From NCBI GenBank assembly GCA_021817245.1, contig JAKAVQ010000002.1:14721-78720 (forward strand): a stretch of DNA of 64,000 nucleotides, given 5' to 3'. A program made the position numbers and the translations under genes. A model generated the notes under the pieces. The model did not search any database and was not told where the DNA came from. It saw only the letters and a list, made by a program, of their open reading frames with translations. Below, one piece after another: positions 1 through 9,907 of the stretch. The DNA is from Thermoplasmata archaeon. Lineage in GTDB: Archaea; Thermoplasmatota; Thermoplasmata; Lutacidiplasmatales; UBA184. The stretch's first letter is position 1. Each line of letters opens with the position of its first letter.

Positions 1-978
1 GACCCAGAAGAGGGCCGCGATCCCGAGCGAGGGGGAGAACGCCACCAGCGTCAGGAGGACGTTCGACGGGATGTGGGTGAAGACCATCGTGTTGATGAGG
101 CCGAACCGGCGCGCGAGGGGGTCGGCCAGGACGAGGGAGAGCGCGGCCGCAAGGTTCGCGGCGAAGAAGATCGCGTCGAGCTCGCCGACCGGCGGGCCGA
201 ATCGGACCGAGAAATAGTAGACGACGAGACTGTTGAGGATCAGACCGCCTCCGAACGCGTCGACCGCGAACAGCCCGGCAAGCGCGAAGACGACGGGGCG
301 GCTCTGGGGCGACAGGGCGGTCGGGCGCTCCCGGCGGCCGTCCCGGTCAACGTCGGAGGAGAGGGAACGGTAGACCGGGACCAGCGCGAGGCCGAGGAGT
401 CCGTAGAGCGCGAGCGCGACGTCGTGGACCCCGGGGGCGAACGCGCCCGGGGCCGCGAGCGGGAGGCTCGAGATCGGTCCGGCGAAGAGCGCCCCGGTCG
501 CGTTCCCGGCATACCCGAGCAGGTTGTACCAGACGAACGCCCTCGTGCGTCCGGACGGCGAGACCGTCCCGGTGAGCGCGGCCTGTTCGAGCACTCCGAG
601 CGGGCCGACGTCCGACCCACCGGTCACGATACCTCCCAGGAGAAGGGCGGCGAGGACGGCCCACGGGTTCGCGAGGTCGAGCCAGAGCAGGGCACCGCCG
701 GCGGCGAGGGCGAGCGCTCCGACCCCGAGCACCGACCGGCGACGCCAGCGGCGCTCGAGCCAGGGGACCGCGAGGGCCCACGCGGAACCGCCCCCGAGCG
801 CGAGGCCGAGGATCAGGCCGACCCACAGGGACGAGTAGCCGGCGCGGGGGAGGTCGAGCGCGAGGACGATCGACAGTGTGCCCGCCCCGAAACCCCGGGC
901 GGTCCGCGCCGCGATCAGGACGGCGCGGTCTCGCCGTGAGCCCGGGTCGGAACGTTCGGCCGACGCGGGGCTCGACAT
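1..978 (-). CDS. MFS-type transporter (partial; C-terminus beyond window start)
   Basis: Reverse-strand translation from ATG (top 'cat' 976-978) gives a multi-TM protein (…GLINTMVFTHIPSNVLLTLVAF…) with no stop before position 1. Not in ORF track because it runs off the window. The + ORF 73..939 is low-complexity antisense. Confidence 0.55.
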   Translation of the reverse strand, partial: MSSPASAERSDPGSRRDRAVLIAARTARGFGAGTLSIVLALDLPRAGYSSLWVGLILGLALGGGSAWALAVPWLERRWRRRSVLGVGALALAAGGALLWLDLANPWAVLAALLLGGIVTGGSDVGPLGVLEQAALTGTVSPSGRTRAFVWYNLLGYAGNATGALFAGPISSLPLAAPGAFAPGVHDVALALYGLLGLALVPVYRSLSSDVDRDGRRERPTALSPQSRPVVFALAGLFAVDAFGGGLILNSLVVYYFSVRFGPPVGELDAIFFAANLAAALSLVLADPLARRFGLINTMVFTHIPSNVLLTLVAFSPSLGIAALFWV

Positions 979-1169
979 ATCCCCGGGCCCCCTCAGGCCC
1001 GCCCCGGCGGCTCAGGCCCCGACCGGGCGGCGGCTGCCCGCGTGGTATCGCCGAACGGCGGGCTCACAACCCGACGGGCCGGCGGGGGCGAGCGGAACCG
1101 GACTCGGGGTCCCCCGGCCCCCGAACCGTATTGAGCGCGCGAACCTCGAGGCGTCGGGACGCGCCCGCG

Positions 1170-2216
1170 ATGTCGGCGATCATCCTGGGGGAGCGGGAGG
1201 TGCGCGACCTGCTCACGTACCCCGAGTGCATCGACCGGATGGACGAGGTCCTGCGGAGCCTCGCGGAGGGAGACGTGGTGCAGCCCGCCCGCACCGCCGT
1301 GGTGCTCCCGGGCGGCGAGCGACTCCTCGGGATGATGCCGGGGTACCTCGGCTCGCCTCCGACCCTCGGGGTCAAGGCGATCGCCGTCGTTCCGGGGAAC
1401 CGCGAGGTCGGTCGCCCGGCCCACCAGGGAGTCGTGGTCCTGCTCGACCCAACGACCGGCGAGACGACCGCGGTCCTCGAGGCATCCTCGGTGACCGAAA
1501 TCCGCACGGCGTCCGTGAGCGCGGTCGCCACCCGCGCCCTCGCGGTCCCGCAGGCCTCGTCCCTCGGGATCCTCGGGAGCGGCGTCCAGGCCCGTGCGCA
1601 TGCGCTCGCCCTCCCGCACGTGCGGCCGATCGCACGGCTCCGGCTCTGGGATCGGAATCCCGCACGCGCCCGTGCGCTGGCCGCGGACCTCCGCGCCGTC
1701 ATCTCGAGCGACGTGGAGGTCTCCGAGAGCGCGGAGTTCGTCGTTCGCTCCTCCGACATCCTCTGCACGACGACCGCGAGCCGAGCCCCCTATCTGAAGG
1801 GCGAGTGGCTGCGGGACGGCACCCACCTCAACGCGGTCGGCGCCGCCACGACGGGGCATCGGGAGCTCGAGCCGTCCGCCGTCCGGCGCGCGAGGGTCTT
1901 CGTCGATCACCGAGCCTCGGCGGACGCCGAGGCCGACGAGCTCCGCGTATTCCCTCCGTCGGGGCCGACCGCCCCCGACGCGGTCTCGGGAGAGCTCGGG
2001 GAGGTCCTGCTGGGTCGGGTCGCCGGACGTACGTCGCCGGGAGAGGTCACGCTGTTCAAGTCGGTCGGGCTCGCCGTCGAGGACCTCGCCGCCGCCCGAT
2101 TCCTCGTAGAGCGGGCAACGGCCCTCGGCCGGGGGATACGGGTCGACCTGGGCCCTGCCTCCCGTCCGACGCCCCCGCCGTCGAGCGAGGTCGGACCTAA
2201 GGTCCGGGGTCGTTAA
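1170..2216 (+). CDS. ornithine cyclodeaminase / mu-crystallin family protein (archaeal alanine dehydrogenase-like)
   Basis: Internal ATG at 1170 in frame of ORF 876..2216. MSAIILGEREVRDLL…GMMPGYLG…VKAIAVVPGN…ILGSGVQA Rossmann motif, typical of the OCD/mu-crystallin family. Upstream part of the ORF overlaps the MFS gene. Confidence 0.8.
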   Translation: MSAIILGEREVRDLLTYPECIDRMDEVLRSLAEGDVVQPARTAVVLPGGERLLGMMPGYLGSPPTLGVKAIAVVPGNREVGRPAHQGVVVLLDPTTGETTAVLEASSVTEIRTASVSAVATRALAVPQASSLGILGSGVQARAHALALPHVRPIARLRLWDRNPARARALAADLRAVISSDVEVSESAEFVVRSSDILCTTTASRAPYLKGEWLRDGTHLNAVGAATTGHRELEPSAVRRARVFVDHRASADAEADELRVFPPSGPTAPDAVSGELGEVLLGRVAGRTSPGEVTLFKSVGLAVEDLAAARFLVERATALGRGIRVDLGPASRPTPPPSSEVGPKVRGR

Positions 2217-2362
2217 GGCGTCCGGCGCGACGGCCGCGGGCCCGCGTCCCGGATAGCACGTCCGGCCGACCGGTACCCGCACGCCGGTGCAGCGGAGCGA
2301 AGATCCCCTCATCCTCCCGAGTTCACCTCGCCTTCCGCACGGACGCTCACGGCCGGCCTCGT

Positions 2363-2938
2363 TCACGGGGGATGCCGTGTTCCCCCGGGGCGATCCGCCC
2401 GGATCGTGCGACCCCCCGAATGCCCCGGCTCGACCCGTCGCCGGTCCGGTCCGCGGTCACGTGACCTCTCCTTCCCGTCGGCGAGCTCGTCGGGACGGCC
2501 CCGGGACACCGTCCCCGAAGCGCTCGCCACCGATCGACGTCGCCCCGCCGGACCCCGGGTCGGACGGCGGGCGGAGGTGGGACCTCCGCGAAGGATCTCG
2601 CGGAGACGTTCGGCGAGGACCGACGCGTTCGAGTGGTCAGCGTCCCGGGCGCCGAAGACGAGGGTCACGGTCGTTCGACGGGCCTCCTCGGCGAGGGCCT
2701 CGAGCCGCTCCGGGTGCCGGGCGAGCTCGGCACGGTATCGTCGCCGGAACTCGGGATAGCGCGCCGGGAGATGGCCGAACCACCGACGGAGCTCGTCGCT
2801 CGGCGCGAGCTCCTTGAGCCATCCGGCCAGTTCGAGCGCGGTCGCCGAACGCCCTCGTGGCCAGAGCCGGTCGATGAGGTAGCGTCGGCCGTCGCCCTCG
2901 GAAACGGGGTCGTAGGCCCGTTTCGACCTCACCGTCAT
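2363..2938 (-). CDS. DUF488 (YeaO-like) family protein
   Basis: MTVRSKRAYDP…YLIDRLWPRG…ALELAGWLKELAPS…LRRWFGH matches the DUF488 N-terminal signature. Second in-frame ATG chosen. The long Arg/Pro-rich C-terminal tail is unusual for the family. Confidence 0.65.
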   Translation of the reverse strand: MTVRSKRAYDPVSEGDGRRYLIDRLWPRGRSATALELAGWLKELAPSDELRRWFGHLPARYPEFRRRYRAELARHPERLEALAEEARRTTVTLVFGARDADHSNASVLAERLREILRGGPTSARRPTRGPAGRRRSVASASGTVSRGRPDELADGKERSRDRGPDRRRVEPGHSGGRTIRADRPGGTRHPP

Positions 2939-2996
2939 GGCTAGAGCGACCTCCACCTCGGCGGGAGGCCCGGCCGGTAGAAAGCGAGGCGGTCGA

Positions 2997-3956
2997 CTAC
3001 CGCGACCCGGGGAACGTGGCCACCGCCGCCGCAGGCGCCGCTCCGGTCTTCCGGAGGGCCCGATGGGCGGCCACGAGGATCAGCACGGCCCCCACCAGGC
3101 CCAGGTACGGGAAGATCAGGAGGACGGCCCCCGCGCGGAAGAACGTCTCGGTGTTCTCGCCCGTGCCCGCGTATCGGGTCCCGAGTCGCCAGATCCCTAC
3201 GAGCACGCCGAGGTAGCCGATCAACGCCACGATCGCGCCGATCCCGACGACCGCGAGCCCGCCGAGGAGCCCCGACGACGCGACGCACGAGGACGGCGGC
3301 GGGCCGACGCCGGTCCCCACGCACTGGACGAACGAGACGATCTCTTCGAGGAGGAGGACGGTTCCGAGGAACACGAGGATCACCCCGATGATGGCGAGCA
3401 GGGCCAAGGTCGCCGGCGCCGAGAATCGCGGGTCGTGGGCCCGCAAGGCCCGGAACGCGAGCCGGTAGAGGACCAGCTCGGCCACGATCACCGCGATGGC
3501 GGCCACCAGGATCCCCGCCCAGACGCCCGGCGATTGGAACGTCAGGATACGCGAGCCCGAGCTGGTCGTGGACGTCGAAACGAACGGGCGCAGGGTGTTG
3601 AGGACGAGCTCGAGCGCGCCGAGCGCACCGCCCAAGAGGGCGAGCAACGCGGCGAGGCGCACCTGGCCGAGAGCACGGCGGTCGGCGTCCCGGGTAGAGG
3701 GGGACGGGCCGGTCCCATACGACGGGGGAAGCGGTCGCGTCGGAGGAAAGGTCGAGGAGGCCGGACCCAAGGGGGACGACGCGGTCGAGGCGCCTCCGAC
3801 CGCGGCCCCGCACGACGGACAGAACGAGGCGGCGGGCGGCACCGGTCGCCCGCAGAAGCTGCACGCCGCGATCGACACCGGCTCCGCGAGGGGCTTTGCG
3901 ATGATAAGGACCGTTCCCCCCGGGCCCGCAAGGGGCCGGTCGTCGACCGCCCCCAC
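2997..3956 (-). CDS. zinc-ribbon membrane protein (DUF973-like; start uncertain)
   Basis: CSFCGRPV…FCPSCGA zinc ribbon followed by a Pro/Ser linker and more than 6 predicted TM helices. ORF-track start 4169 would overlap the divergent pirin gene and its RBS; in-frame GTG at 3956 proposed. Confidence 0.5.
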   Translation of the reverse strand: MGAVDDRPLAGPGGTVLIIAKPLAEPVSIAACSFCGRPVPPAASFCPSCGAAVGGASTASSPLGPASSTFPPTRPLPPSYGTGPSPSTRDADRRALGQVRLAALLALLGGALGALELVLNTLRPFVSTSTTSSGSRILTFQSPGVWAGILVAAIAVIVAELVLYRLAFRALRAHDPRFSAPATLALLAIIGVILVFLGTVLLLEEIVSFVQCVGTGVGPPPSSCVASSGLLGGLAVVGIGAIVALIGYLGVLVGIWRLGTRYAGTGENTETFFRAGAVLLIFPYLGLVGAVLILVAAHRALRKTGAAPAAAVATFPGSR

Positions 3957-4020
3957 GTTACCCGGGCCTCCCCTCCTCCTTAAGTTACTCAAGGTAATTG
4001 AATGGCCGGAGGTTACGACA

Positions 4021-4896
4021 ATGCCCGACCCCGTCCGTTCCGTCGTCCGCCGCTTCCCCGGTCTTCCCACGCTCGAAGGCGCTGGGGTGCGTCTGCGCCG
4101 ATCGTTCTCGAACAACGAGGTCCCGCTCTTCGACCCGTTCCTGTTGCTCGACCGGTTCGGGTCGAGCAACCCCGAGGATTACCTCGCCGGGTTCCCCTGG
4201 CACCCCCACCGGGGGATCGAGACCGTTACCTACATGCTCGACGGCCAGGTCGAGCACGGCGACACCCTCGGCAACTCGGGGGTCATCGCCGCCGGCGACA
4301 TCCAGTGGATGAACTCGGGCAGCGGGATCATCCACCAGGAGATGCCGAAGCGGACCGAGGGGACGCTTTCCGGCTTCCAGCTCTGGGTCAACCTCCCGGC
4401 GGCCCAGAAGATGAGCACCCCGGCGTATCGGGGCCTCTCGTCGACCGAGATCCCCGAGGTCACGACCGACGAGGGGAACCGCGTCAAGGTCGTCGCCGGG
4501 TCGTTCGACCGGGTCGAGGGTCCGGTGCGGGGGCTTTCGGTCGACCCGACGTACCTCGACGTGCGTCTCCCTCCGCACGGTCGCTTCGAGCTCGACCCGC
4601 CCCACGGCTTCACCGTCTTCGCGCACGAGGTCGACGGGAGCGCCACGTTCGACGGGAGCGATCCCCGCCCGGTCGAGGCCGGGGAGACCGCACTCTTCGG
4701 CGCCGGCGGAGCCGTTCGCGCCCGCGCGGCCGACACGGGGGCCCGCTTTCTCCTCGTCTCGGGCCGGCCGCTTCGCGAGCCGGTCGCGTGGTACGGACCG
4801 ATCGTGATGAACCGGCAGGACGAGCTCGCCCAGGCGGTGCGCGAGCTGCGCAACGGCGACTTCATCAAGCACCGCCGGCCGATCGTCGAGGAGTAG
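4021..4896 (+). CDS. pirin family protein
   Basis: ATG 4021 preceded by GGAGGT RBS. HPHRGIETVTYMLDG…H…E cupin metal motifs and both pirin N- and C-domains (…QLWVNLP…). Confidence 0.9.
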   Translation: MPDPVRSVVRRFPGLPTLEGAGVRLRRSFSNNEVPLFDPFLLLDRFGSSNPEDYLAGFPWHPHRGIETVTYMLDGQVEHGDTLGNSGVIAAGDIQWMNSGSGIIHQEMPKRTEGTLSGFQLWVNLPAAQKMSTPAYRGLSSTEIPEVTTDEGNRVKVVAGSFDRVEGPVRGLSVDPTYLDVRLPPHGRFELDPPHGFTVFAHEVDGSATFDGSDPRPVEAGETALFGAGGAVRARAADTGARFLLVSGRPLREPVAWYGPIVMNRQDELAQAVRELRNGDFIKHRRPIVEE

Positions 4897-5935
4897 GCCC
4901 CGCCCCGCGCAGCCGGGCGAGCGCGACCCTCAGCACCGCCACCGAGCGCCCGAGCTCGGTGATCGAGACCGACTCGCGGTCGGTGTGGTCGAGTCGGGAA
5001 TCGCCCGGCCCGTAGGCCGCGCCGGGAACGTTCCAGACCGGGGCGACGAGGTTCAGGTCGCTCGTCCCGGCCTTCCGCCATACCGTGGGGCGGCCGCCGG
5101 CGGCCCGTATCCCCTCGATCAGCGCCCGGGCGACGGGATCGCTCGCCGGACGTTCGAACGGCTCGACGCGGACCGACACCGCGAGGGCCGGCCGGCCCGG
5201 TACGGCCCGCAGCAGACCGAGGAGTTCCGCGGTCGGCAGGCCCGGGGGAAGCCGGAGGTCGACGGTGGCCCGGGCGACCTCGCGGTCGCCGGGCCCCTCC
5301 GTCTCGAGCGCGACCGCTTTCGCCGTCAGCGAGCGGAACCGCGACTCCGTAGAACGCTCCCGCGCTATCGTCCGGACCGCCCCGAGCCAGTCGAGCGCGC
5401 GGTCCGCGGCTGTCGGGAACGGGGACGAGTAGTGGGTGCGCCGCCCGCGGAACGTCGCGGTGACCCGCAGCTCGCCCTTGTAGCCGACCGTCACGCCGTC
5501 CCAGCCGCTCGGCTCGCCCGCGATCACGGCGTCCGGACGCAGTCGACCCACGAGGTGACGGGCGCCGCGGCTGTCGGTCTCCTCGCCGACCGACGCGACG
5601 ACGAGGTATTCTCCGGCCCCGGGAAGGTCGACCCCGGCCCGGAGCGCCGCCGCAAGCGGCCCTTTCGCATCGACGGCCCCGCGACCGTAGAGGCGGCCCC
5701 GCGCCCGCCGAACGGGGAGGGGGCCCTCGACGGTGTCGATGTGCCCCAGGAAGACGATCCGGGGCAGGCCCCGGCCGACCCTCGCGAGGCCGTTGCCGAC
5801 CGCGTCGGTGCGGGCGGAGTAGCCCAGGCGCCGGGCCGACCGGACGAACTCCCGGACCGCCGCCGACTCCTGCCCCGGAGGGCTGTAGCGCGCGACCAGC
5901 CTCTCGAGGAGCGCCCCATCGTCCTCAGCCGCCAC
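4865..5935 (-). CDS. lysK: [LysW]-ornithine/lysine hydrolase / acetylornithine deacetylase-like, M20 peptidase family
   Basis: M20 signature (…IVFLGHIDTV…GRGAVDAKGPLAA…VGEE…). Last gene of the LysW operon. Its 3' end overlaps convergent pirin by ~30 nt. Confidence 0.8.
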   Translation of the reverse strand: MAAEDDGALLERLVARYSPPGQESAAVREFVRSARRLGYSARTDAVGNGLARVGRGLPRIVFLGHIDTVEGPLPVRRARGRLYGRGAVDAKGPLAAALRAGVDLPGAGEYLVVASVGEETDSRGARHLVGRLRPDAVIAGEPSGWDGVTVGYKGELRVTATFRGRRTHYSSPFPTAADRALDWLGAVRTIARERSTESRFRSLTAKAVALETEGPGDREVARATVDLRLPPGLPTAELLGLLRAVPGRPALAVSVRVEPFERPASDPVARALIEGIRAAGGRPTVWRKAGTSDLNLVAPVWNVPGAAYGPGDSRLDHTDRESVSITELGRSVAVLRVALARLRGAGPTPRRSAGGA

Positions 5936-7079
5936 GGGAGACCACCTCCACGACCGTCGAAAGCGCGTCGGCCCACGCCGCCTCGGGAACCGTCAACGGA
6001 GGGAGCAGCCGCAGCACGGTCGCCCCGGCGGAGATCGCGAGGAACCCCCTCGCTTCGAGCTCGGCGAGGACGGGGAGGACCCGCTCGCGCAGCTCGATGC
6101 CGAGGAGGAGGCCGAGCCCCCGCACCTCCCGGACGCGGTCGCCCGAGAGCGCCCGCAGGCGCTCGACCGCGACCGCCCCGAGCCGCTCGGCCCGCTCGGC
6201 GAGTCGCTCGCGAACCGTGAAGTCGAGCGCCGCGAGGCCGGCGGCGCAGGCGAGCGGGTTCCCTCCGAACGTCGAATGGTGGCTGCCCCGAAAGCGACGG
6301 GCGACCTCGTCGGTCGTCACCGTCGCCCCGATCGGGACGCCGCCCGCGAGCGACTTCGCGAGCAGCAGGAGGTCGGGCACGACCCCGGCACGCTCGAAGG
6401 CGAACAGCCGACCCGTCCGGGCGATCCCGGTCTGGACCTCGTCGAACGCGAGCAACGCCCCGCGCGCCTCGGTCGCGGCCCGGGCGGCGCGCAAGTACTC
6501 GGGCGTCGCGACGTGCACGCCGCCCTCTCCTTGCACCGGCTCGAGCAGGACGATGGCGGTCGTCTCGTCGACGGCGGCCTCGAGCGCCGCGATGTCGTTG
6601 AACGGCACGTGGACGAACCCCGGGACGAGCGGTTCGAACGGCTCCCGGAGCTCCCGCCGCCAGGTCGCGCTCAACGCGCCGAGCGTGCGCCCGTGGAACC
6701 CCCGCATCGCCGCGACGACCTTCGGTCGACCGGTCGACGAACGGGCGAACTTGATGCCGGCCTCGACGGCCTCGGTCCCGGAGTTCGAGAGGAAGACCCG
6801 CCCGAACGCCGGCGGGAGGAGGCCGAGCAGCCGCTCGACGAACGCCGTACGCACCGGGTTCGAGTAGCCGGTCCCGAGGTAGATGAGGTCGCGCGCCTGG
6901 TCCGCGAGCGCCCGGGCGACCTCGGGGTTGGCCGCGCCGAGGCTCCCCGCGCCGTGGGTCGCGCCGATATCGAGGTAGCGACGACCCCGGTCGTCGACGA
7001 GGTACGCCCCGTCGGCCCGCACGAGCGATATCGGCCGGGGCGGGGCTCCCCCGATCCCTCGCTCGGCCGGGCCGCTCAT
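5925..7079 (-). CDS. argD: acetylornithine / [LysW]-aminoadipate-semialdehyde aminotransferase (class III PLP)
   Basis: MSGPAERG… start found inside fused ORF 5925..8957 (top 'cat' 7077-7079). Class-III aminotransferase motifs (…FLSNSGTEAVEAGIKFAR…AFDEVQTGIARTG…LLAKSLAGG…). ATGA overlap with upstream argB. Confidence 0.9.
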   Translation of the reverse strand: MSGPAERGIGGAPPRPISLVRADGAYLVDDRGRRYLDIGATHGAGSLGAANPEVARALADQARDLIYLGTGYSNPVRTAFVERLLGLLPPAFGRVFLSNSGTEAVEAGIKFARSSTGRPKVVAAMRGFHGRTLGALSATWRRELREPFEPLVPGFVHVPFNDIAALEAAVDETTAIVLLEPVQGEGGVHVATPEYLRAARAATEARGALLAFDEVQTGIARTGRLFAFERAGVVPDLLLLAKSLAGGVPIGATVTTDEVARRFRGSHHSTFGGNPLACAAGLAALDFTVRERLAERAERLGAVAVERLRALSGDRVREVRGLGLLLGIELRERVLPVLAELEARGFLAISAGATVLRLLPPLTVPEAAWADALSTVVEVVSRGG

Positions 7080-7870
7080 GCGATCACCGTTCCGTCGCCC
7101 GCGAGGGCGCGGGCGACCGGCGCGTCGCCGCGGGAGGAGCCGATGACGACCCGTGCGACGCCCCCCGCGAGCGCGTCGCGGGCGGCGAGCACCTTCTTCT
7201 TCATCCGCCCCTGGGCGAGCGGGACGAGCGTCGCGACCTCGGCCTTCGGGACGCTCGCGATCCGGCTCGACGGGTCGTCCACCGACCGCAAGAGGCCGGG
7301 TACGTTGGTCAGCAGGAGGAGGTCGGTCGCCCCGAGCGCGGCCGCGACCTGGGCGGCGACCCGGTCGGCGTCGACGTTCACGACCTCGCCCGCGCCGGTG
7401 ACCGCGGGCGGGCCCACGACGGGCGCGATGCCGGCGTCGAGCAGCATCCGCAACAGCCCGACGCGCACGCTCGTGACCGACCCCGAGAGGTCGTCCGTGA
7501 GGCGGACCGTCCGTCCGTCGACGACCGCGCGGGCCCCCTCGCGCCGGGTCGCCCCGAGCAGCCGGTCGTCGACCCCGGAGAGGCCGACCGCCCGGACGCC
7601 GAGACGCCCCAGTTCGGCGACGATCCGGGTCTGCACCTGCCCCGCGAGGGCGAGGACGACGACCTCCAGGTGGGCGGCGTCGCTCCGGCGCGACACGACC
7701 CCGCTCGGCGACGTGAAGTACTCGGCCGGTCGGCCGAGCGCGGCGCCGAGGCGGTCGACCTCCTCCGAGCCCCCGTGGACGAGGACCCAGTCGCGCCGGT
7801 GCGCGAGGTCGGCCAGTACGCCCGAGACCGAGTTGCCGGCGGCTCCGCCGACCTTGACGACGAGCGTCAT
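7076..7870 (-). CDS. argB: acetylglutamate / [LysW]-glutamate kinase (amino acid kinase family)
   Basis: MTLVVKVGGAA…VLVHGGS… AAK-family signature. Confidence 0.9.
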   Translation of the reverse strand: MTLVVKVGGAAGNSVSGVLADLAHRRDWVLVHGGSEEVDRLGAALGRPAEYFTSPSGVVSRRSDAAHLEVVVLALAGQVQTRIVAELGRLGVRAVGLSGVDDRLLGATRREGARAVVDGRTVRLTDDLSGSVTSVRVGLLRMLLDAGIAPVVGPPAVTGAGEVVNVDADRVAAQVAAALGATDLLLLTNVPGLLRSVDDPSSRIASVPKAEVATLVPLAQGRMKKKVLAARDALAGGVARVVIGSSRGDAPVARALAGDGTVIA

Positions 7871-7879
7871 CGCGGCCCG

Positions 7880-8905
7880 CTAGCTCGGGTGGAGCCCGAG
7901 GAACCCGAGGCCGGTCGTCTCGGGGAATCCGGCCCGGAGGTTGAAGCACTGGACGGCGTTGCCCGCGGCGCCCTTCATCAGGTTGTCGAGCGCGCCGAGC
8001 GCGACGACCCGACCGGCGTGGCCGTCGACAGCGAAGCCGACCTCGCACGTGTTCGTGCCGGCGAGGAGCTTCGGCTCGGGTTCCCGGTGGATCCCGTCGG
8101 CCTCGTGCACGATCCGCACGAACGGCTCCGACCCGTACGCCCCGCGGTAGGCGCGCCAGAGGGTCTTCTCGTCGACCGAACGGCTCCCGAACGCGTGGCA
8201 GGTCGCGAGGACGCCGCGCACCGCCTCGACCGCGTGGCAGCTCAGGGCGACGGTGAGCCCGGTCTCCTGCTCGATCTCGGCGGTGTGCCGGTGACCGGTC
8301 GCGGCGTACACGCGCATCACGCCCGAGCGCTCGGCGTGCGAGCCCGCGGGACCGGCGTCGCGTCCGCTCGCGGACGAGCCGCTCTTCGCGTCGACGATCA
8401 CCGGGCCGGGACCGACGAGGCCGGCGGTGACGAGCGGGCGGAGCGCGAGGATCGACGCGGTCGCGATGCACCCCGGCACGGCGATGATCCGGGCCGTCCT
8501 GAGCCGGTCGCGGTGGAGCTCGGGCAACCCGTAGACCGCCTCCGCGAGGAGCTCGGGATGGGGGTGCTCGGCGCGGTAGTAGACGGGGTACTGGGCGGCG
8601 TCCTTGAGCCGGTAGTCGGCCGAGAGGTCGACCACGATCCCTCCCGCGCGGACGATCTCGGGCACCCGCTCCATCGACCCCCCGTGAGGGGTAGCGAGGA
8701 ACGTCGCGTCGGCCGGCCCGAGCGCGTCGTGCGGAGTGAACGCGAGGGAGGTCGCCTTGCGGAGGTTCGGGTGCGCCCGCCCGACGGGCCGGCCCGCCAT
8801 CGAGTCCGACGTGACCTGGACGAGCTCGACCTCGGGGTGGCCGAGGAGGAGCCGGACGAGCTCTCCGCCGACGTACCCCGAGCCCCCGACGACCGCGACC
8901 TTCAC
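7880..8905 (-). CDS. argC: N-acetyl-gamma-glutamyl-phosphate reductase / LysY
   Basis: GTG start 8905 with GGAGGT RBS. VKVAVVGGSGYVGGEL…PGCIATA (catalytic Cys)…LDNLMKGAAG. Confidence 0.9.
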   Translation of the reverse strand: MKVAVVGGSGYVGGELVRLLLGHPEVELVQVTSDSMAGRPVGRAHPNLRKATSLAFTPHDALGPADATFLATPHGGSMERVPEIVRAGGIVVDLSADYRLKDAAQYPVYYRAEHPHPELLAEAVYGLPELHRDRLRTARIIAVPGCIATASILALRPLVTAGLVGPGPVIVDAKSGSSASGRDAGPAGSHAERSGVMRVYAATGHRHTAEIEQETGLTVALSCHAVEAVRGVLATCHAFGSRSVDEKTLWRAYRGAYGSEPFVRIVHEADGIHREPEPKLLAGTNTCEVGFAVDGHAGRVVALGALDNLMKGAAGNAVQCFNLRAGFPETTGLGFLGLHPS

Positions 8906-9753
8906 CGGCGCCCGACCTCCACGGCGTACTCGACGATCGCACCCGCGACGTCCGCACCGGTCGCCGCGGTGAGCGCCTTGAACTCGGGCGTCGGGTTGAC
9001 CTCGTGGACGACGAGCCCGCTCGGGGACTCCATCAGGTCGACGGCCAGGACCCCGCCGCCGACGGCGTCGGCCGCGCGCAGCGCGAGCTCCGTGATCTCG
9101 GGCGTGAGGGGCGCCGCGGTGACGCGGCCGCCGCGCGCTGCGTTCGTCCTCCACTCCGACGAGTGTCGGTACATTCCGGCGACGACCCGGTCGCCGACCA
9201 CGAACACCCGCAGGTCCCGGTCGGGCTTCGGGACGTACTCCTGGACGTAGATGACCGAGTGGACCGGCGACGTGAGCGCGGCCTTGTGCTCGAGGATCTG
9301 CACCGCGTCCTCCTCGTCGTCGACCCGGGCCATGAGGCGACCCCACGACCCGACCGCGGGCTTGAGGACGGCCGGGTACCCGATCGCGTCGATCGCGGAC
9401 ATCGCCGCTTCCGGCGAGAGCGCGACGACGGTGCGCGGGGTCGGGATGCCCCGTTCGGCGAGCCGCCACGACGCAAGGACCTTGTCGCCGGCGAGCTCGA
9501 TCACGTCGGGCGAGCTCACGGTCGGGACGCCGTAGTGCGCGTACCCGCGGGCCGCGTAGAGCGACCGGGTGTGGCTCACCGAGCGGATCAGGACGACGTC
9601 CGCGAGGTCGTCCGGGGCCTCGAGCCCGAACGTTCGCTCGCTGTCGGGCAACCGCTCGACCGCGACCCCCCGCTCGGCGGCCGCCGCGAGGATCCCCTTC
9701 TCTTCGGGGCGGACGATCGTGTAGAAGACCCCGAGGCGGAACCCGTCACTCAC
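8902..9753 (-). CDS. lysX: RimK-family ATP-grasp ligase LysX/ArgX (attaches Glu/aminoadipate to the LysW C-terminus)
   Basis: ATP-grasp motifs (…AVLKPAVGSWGR…VQEYV…VNPTPEF). GTG start overlaps lysW stop by 8 nt and the argC start by 4 nt. Confidence 0.9.
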   Translation of the reverse strand: MSDGFRLGVFYTIVRPEEKGILAAAAERGVAVERLPDSERTFGLEAPDDLADVVLIRSVSHTRSLYAARGYAHYGVPTVSSPDVIELAGDKVLASWRLAERGIPTPRTVVALSPEAAMSAIDAIGYPAVLKPAVGSWGRLMARVDDEEDAVQILEHKAALTSPVHSVIYVQEYVPKPDRDLRVFVVGDRVVAGMYRHSSEWRTNAARGGRVTAAPLTPEITELALRAADAVGGGVLAVDLMESPSGLVVHEVNPTPEFKALTAATGADVAGAIVEYAVEVGRR

Positions 9754-9907
9754 CCCAGTCCTCGGCCTCTTTCGGGGCGGGTTGCACCGCGAACGGGTCG
9801 GTCCCCTGGACCTCGAGCTCCGTTCCGCAGTCCGGGCAGGGGAAGACCTCCCCCAACACCATGTTGTGGCTCTCCACGCTCGCGTCGCACGCTGGGCACT
9901 CCGTCAT
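9746..9907 (-). CDS. lysW: amino-group carrier protein LysW/ArgW (53 aa; absent from ORF track)
   Basis: Reverse-strand ORF MTECPACDASVESHNMVLGEVFPCPDCGTELEVQGTDPFAVQPAPKEAEDWGE* has the Zn-ribbon CxxC…CxxC and the EDWGE C-terminus diagnostic of LysW. ATGA overlap with argH stop. Confidence 0.85.
   Translation of the reverse strand: MTECPACDASVESHNMVLGEVFPCPDCGTELEVQGTDPFAVQPAPKEAEDWGE

Noticed and set aside
73-939. 288-aa + strand ORF (and nested - strand ORFs 240..620, 347..826)
   Set aside because: Extreme Arg/Glu/Asp/Gly low-complexity composition with no hydrophobic core. It is antisense to a well-formed MFS transporter reading frame on the - strand that runs off the window start; a GC-rich artefact.
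5925-8957. 1010-aa - strand ORF
   Set aside because: Only the last 384 codons (argD) are real in this frame. Upstream it reads through the argB and argC genes in a non-coding frame (RG-rich). The same applies to 9904..12738 (real part is argH) and 38198..40408 (real part is the class V aminotransferase).
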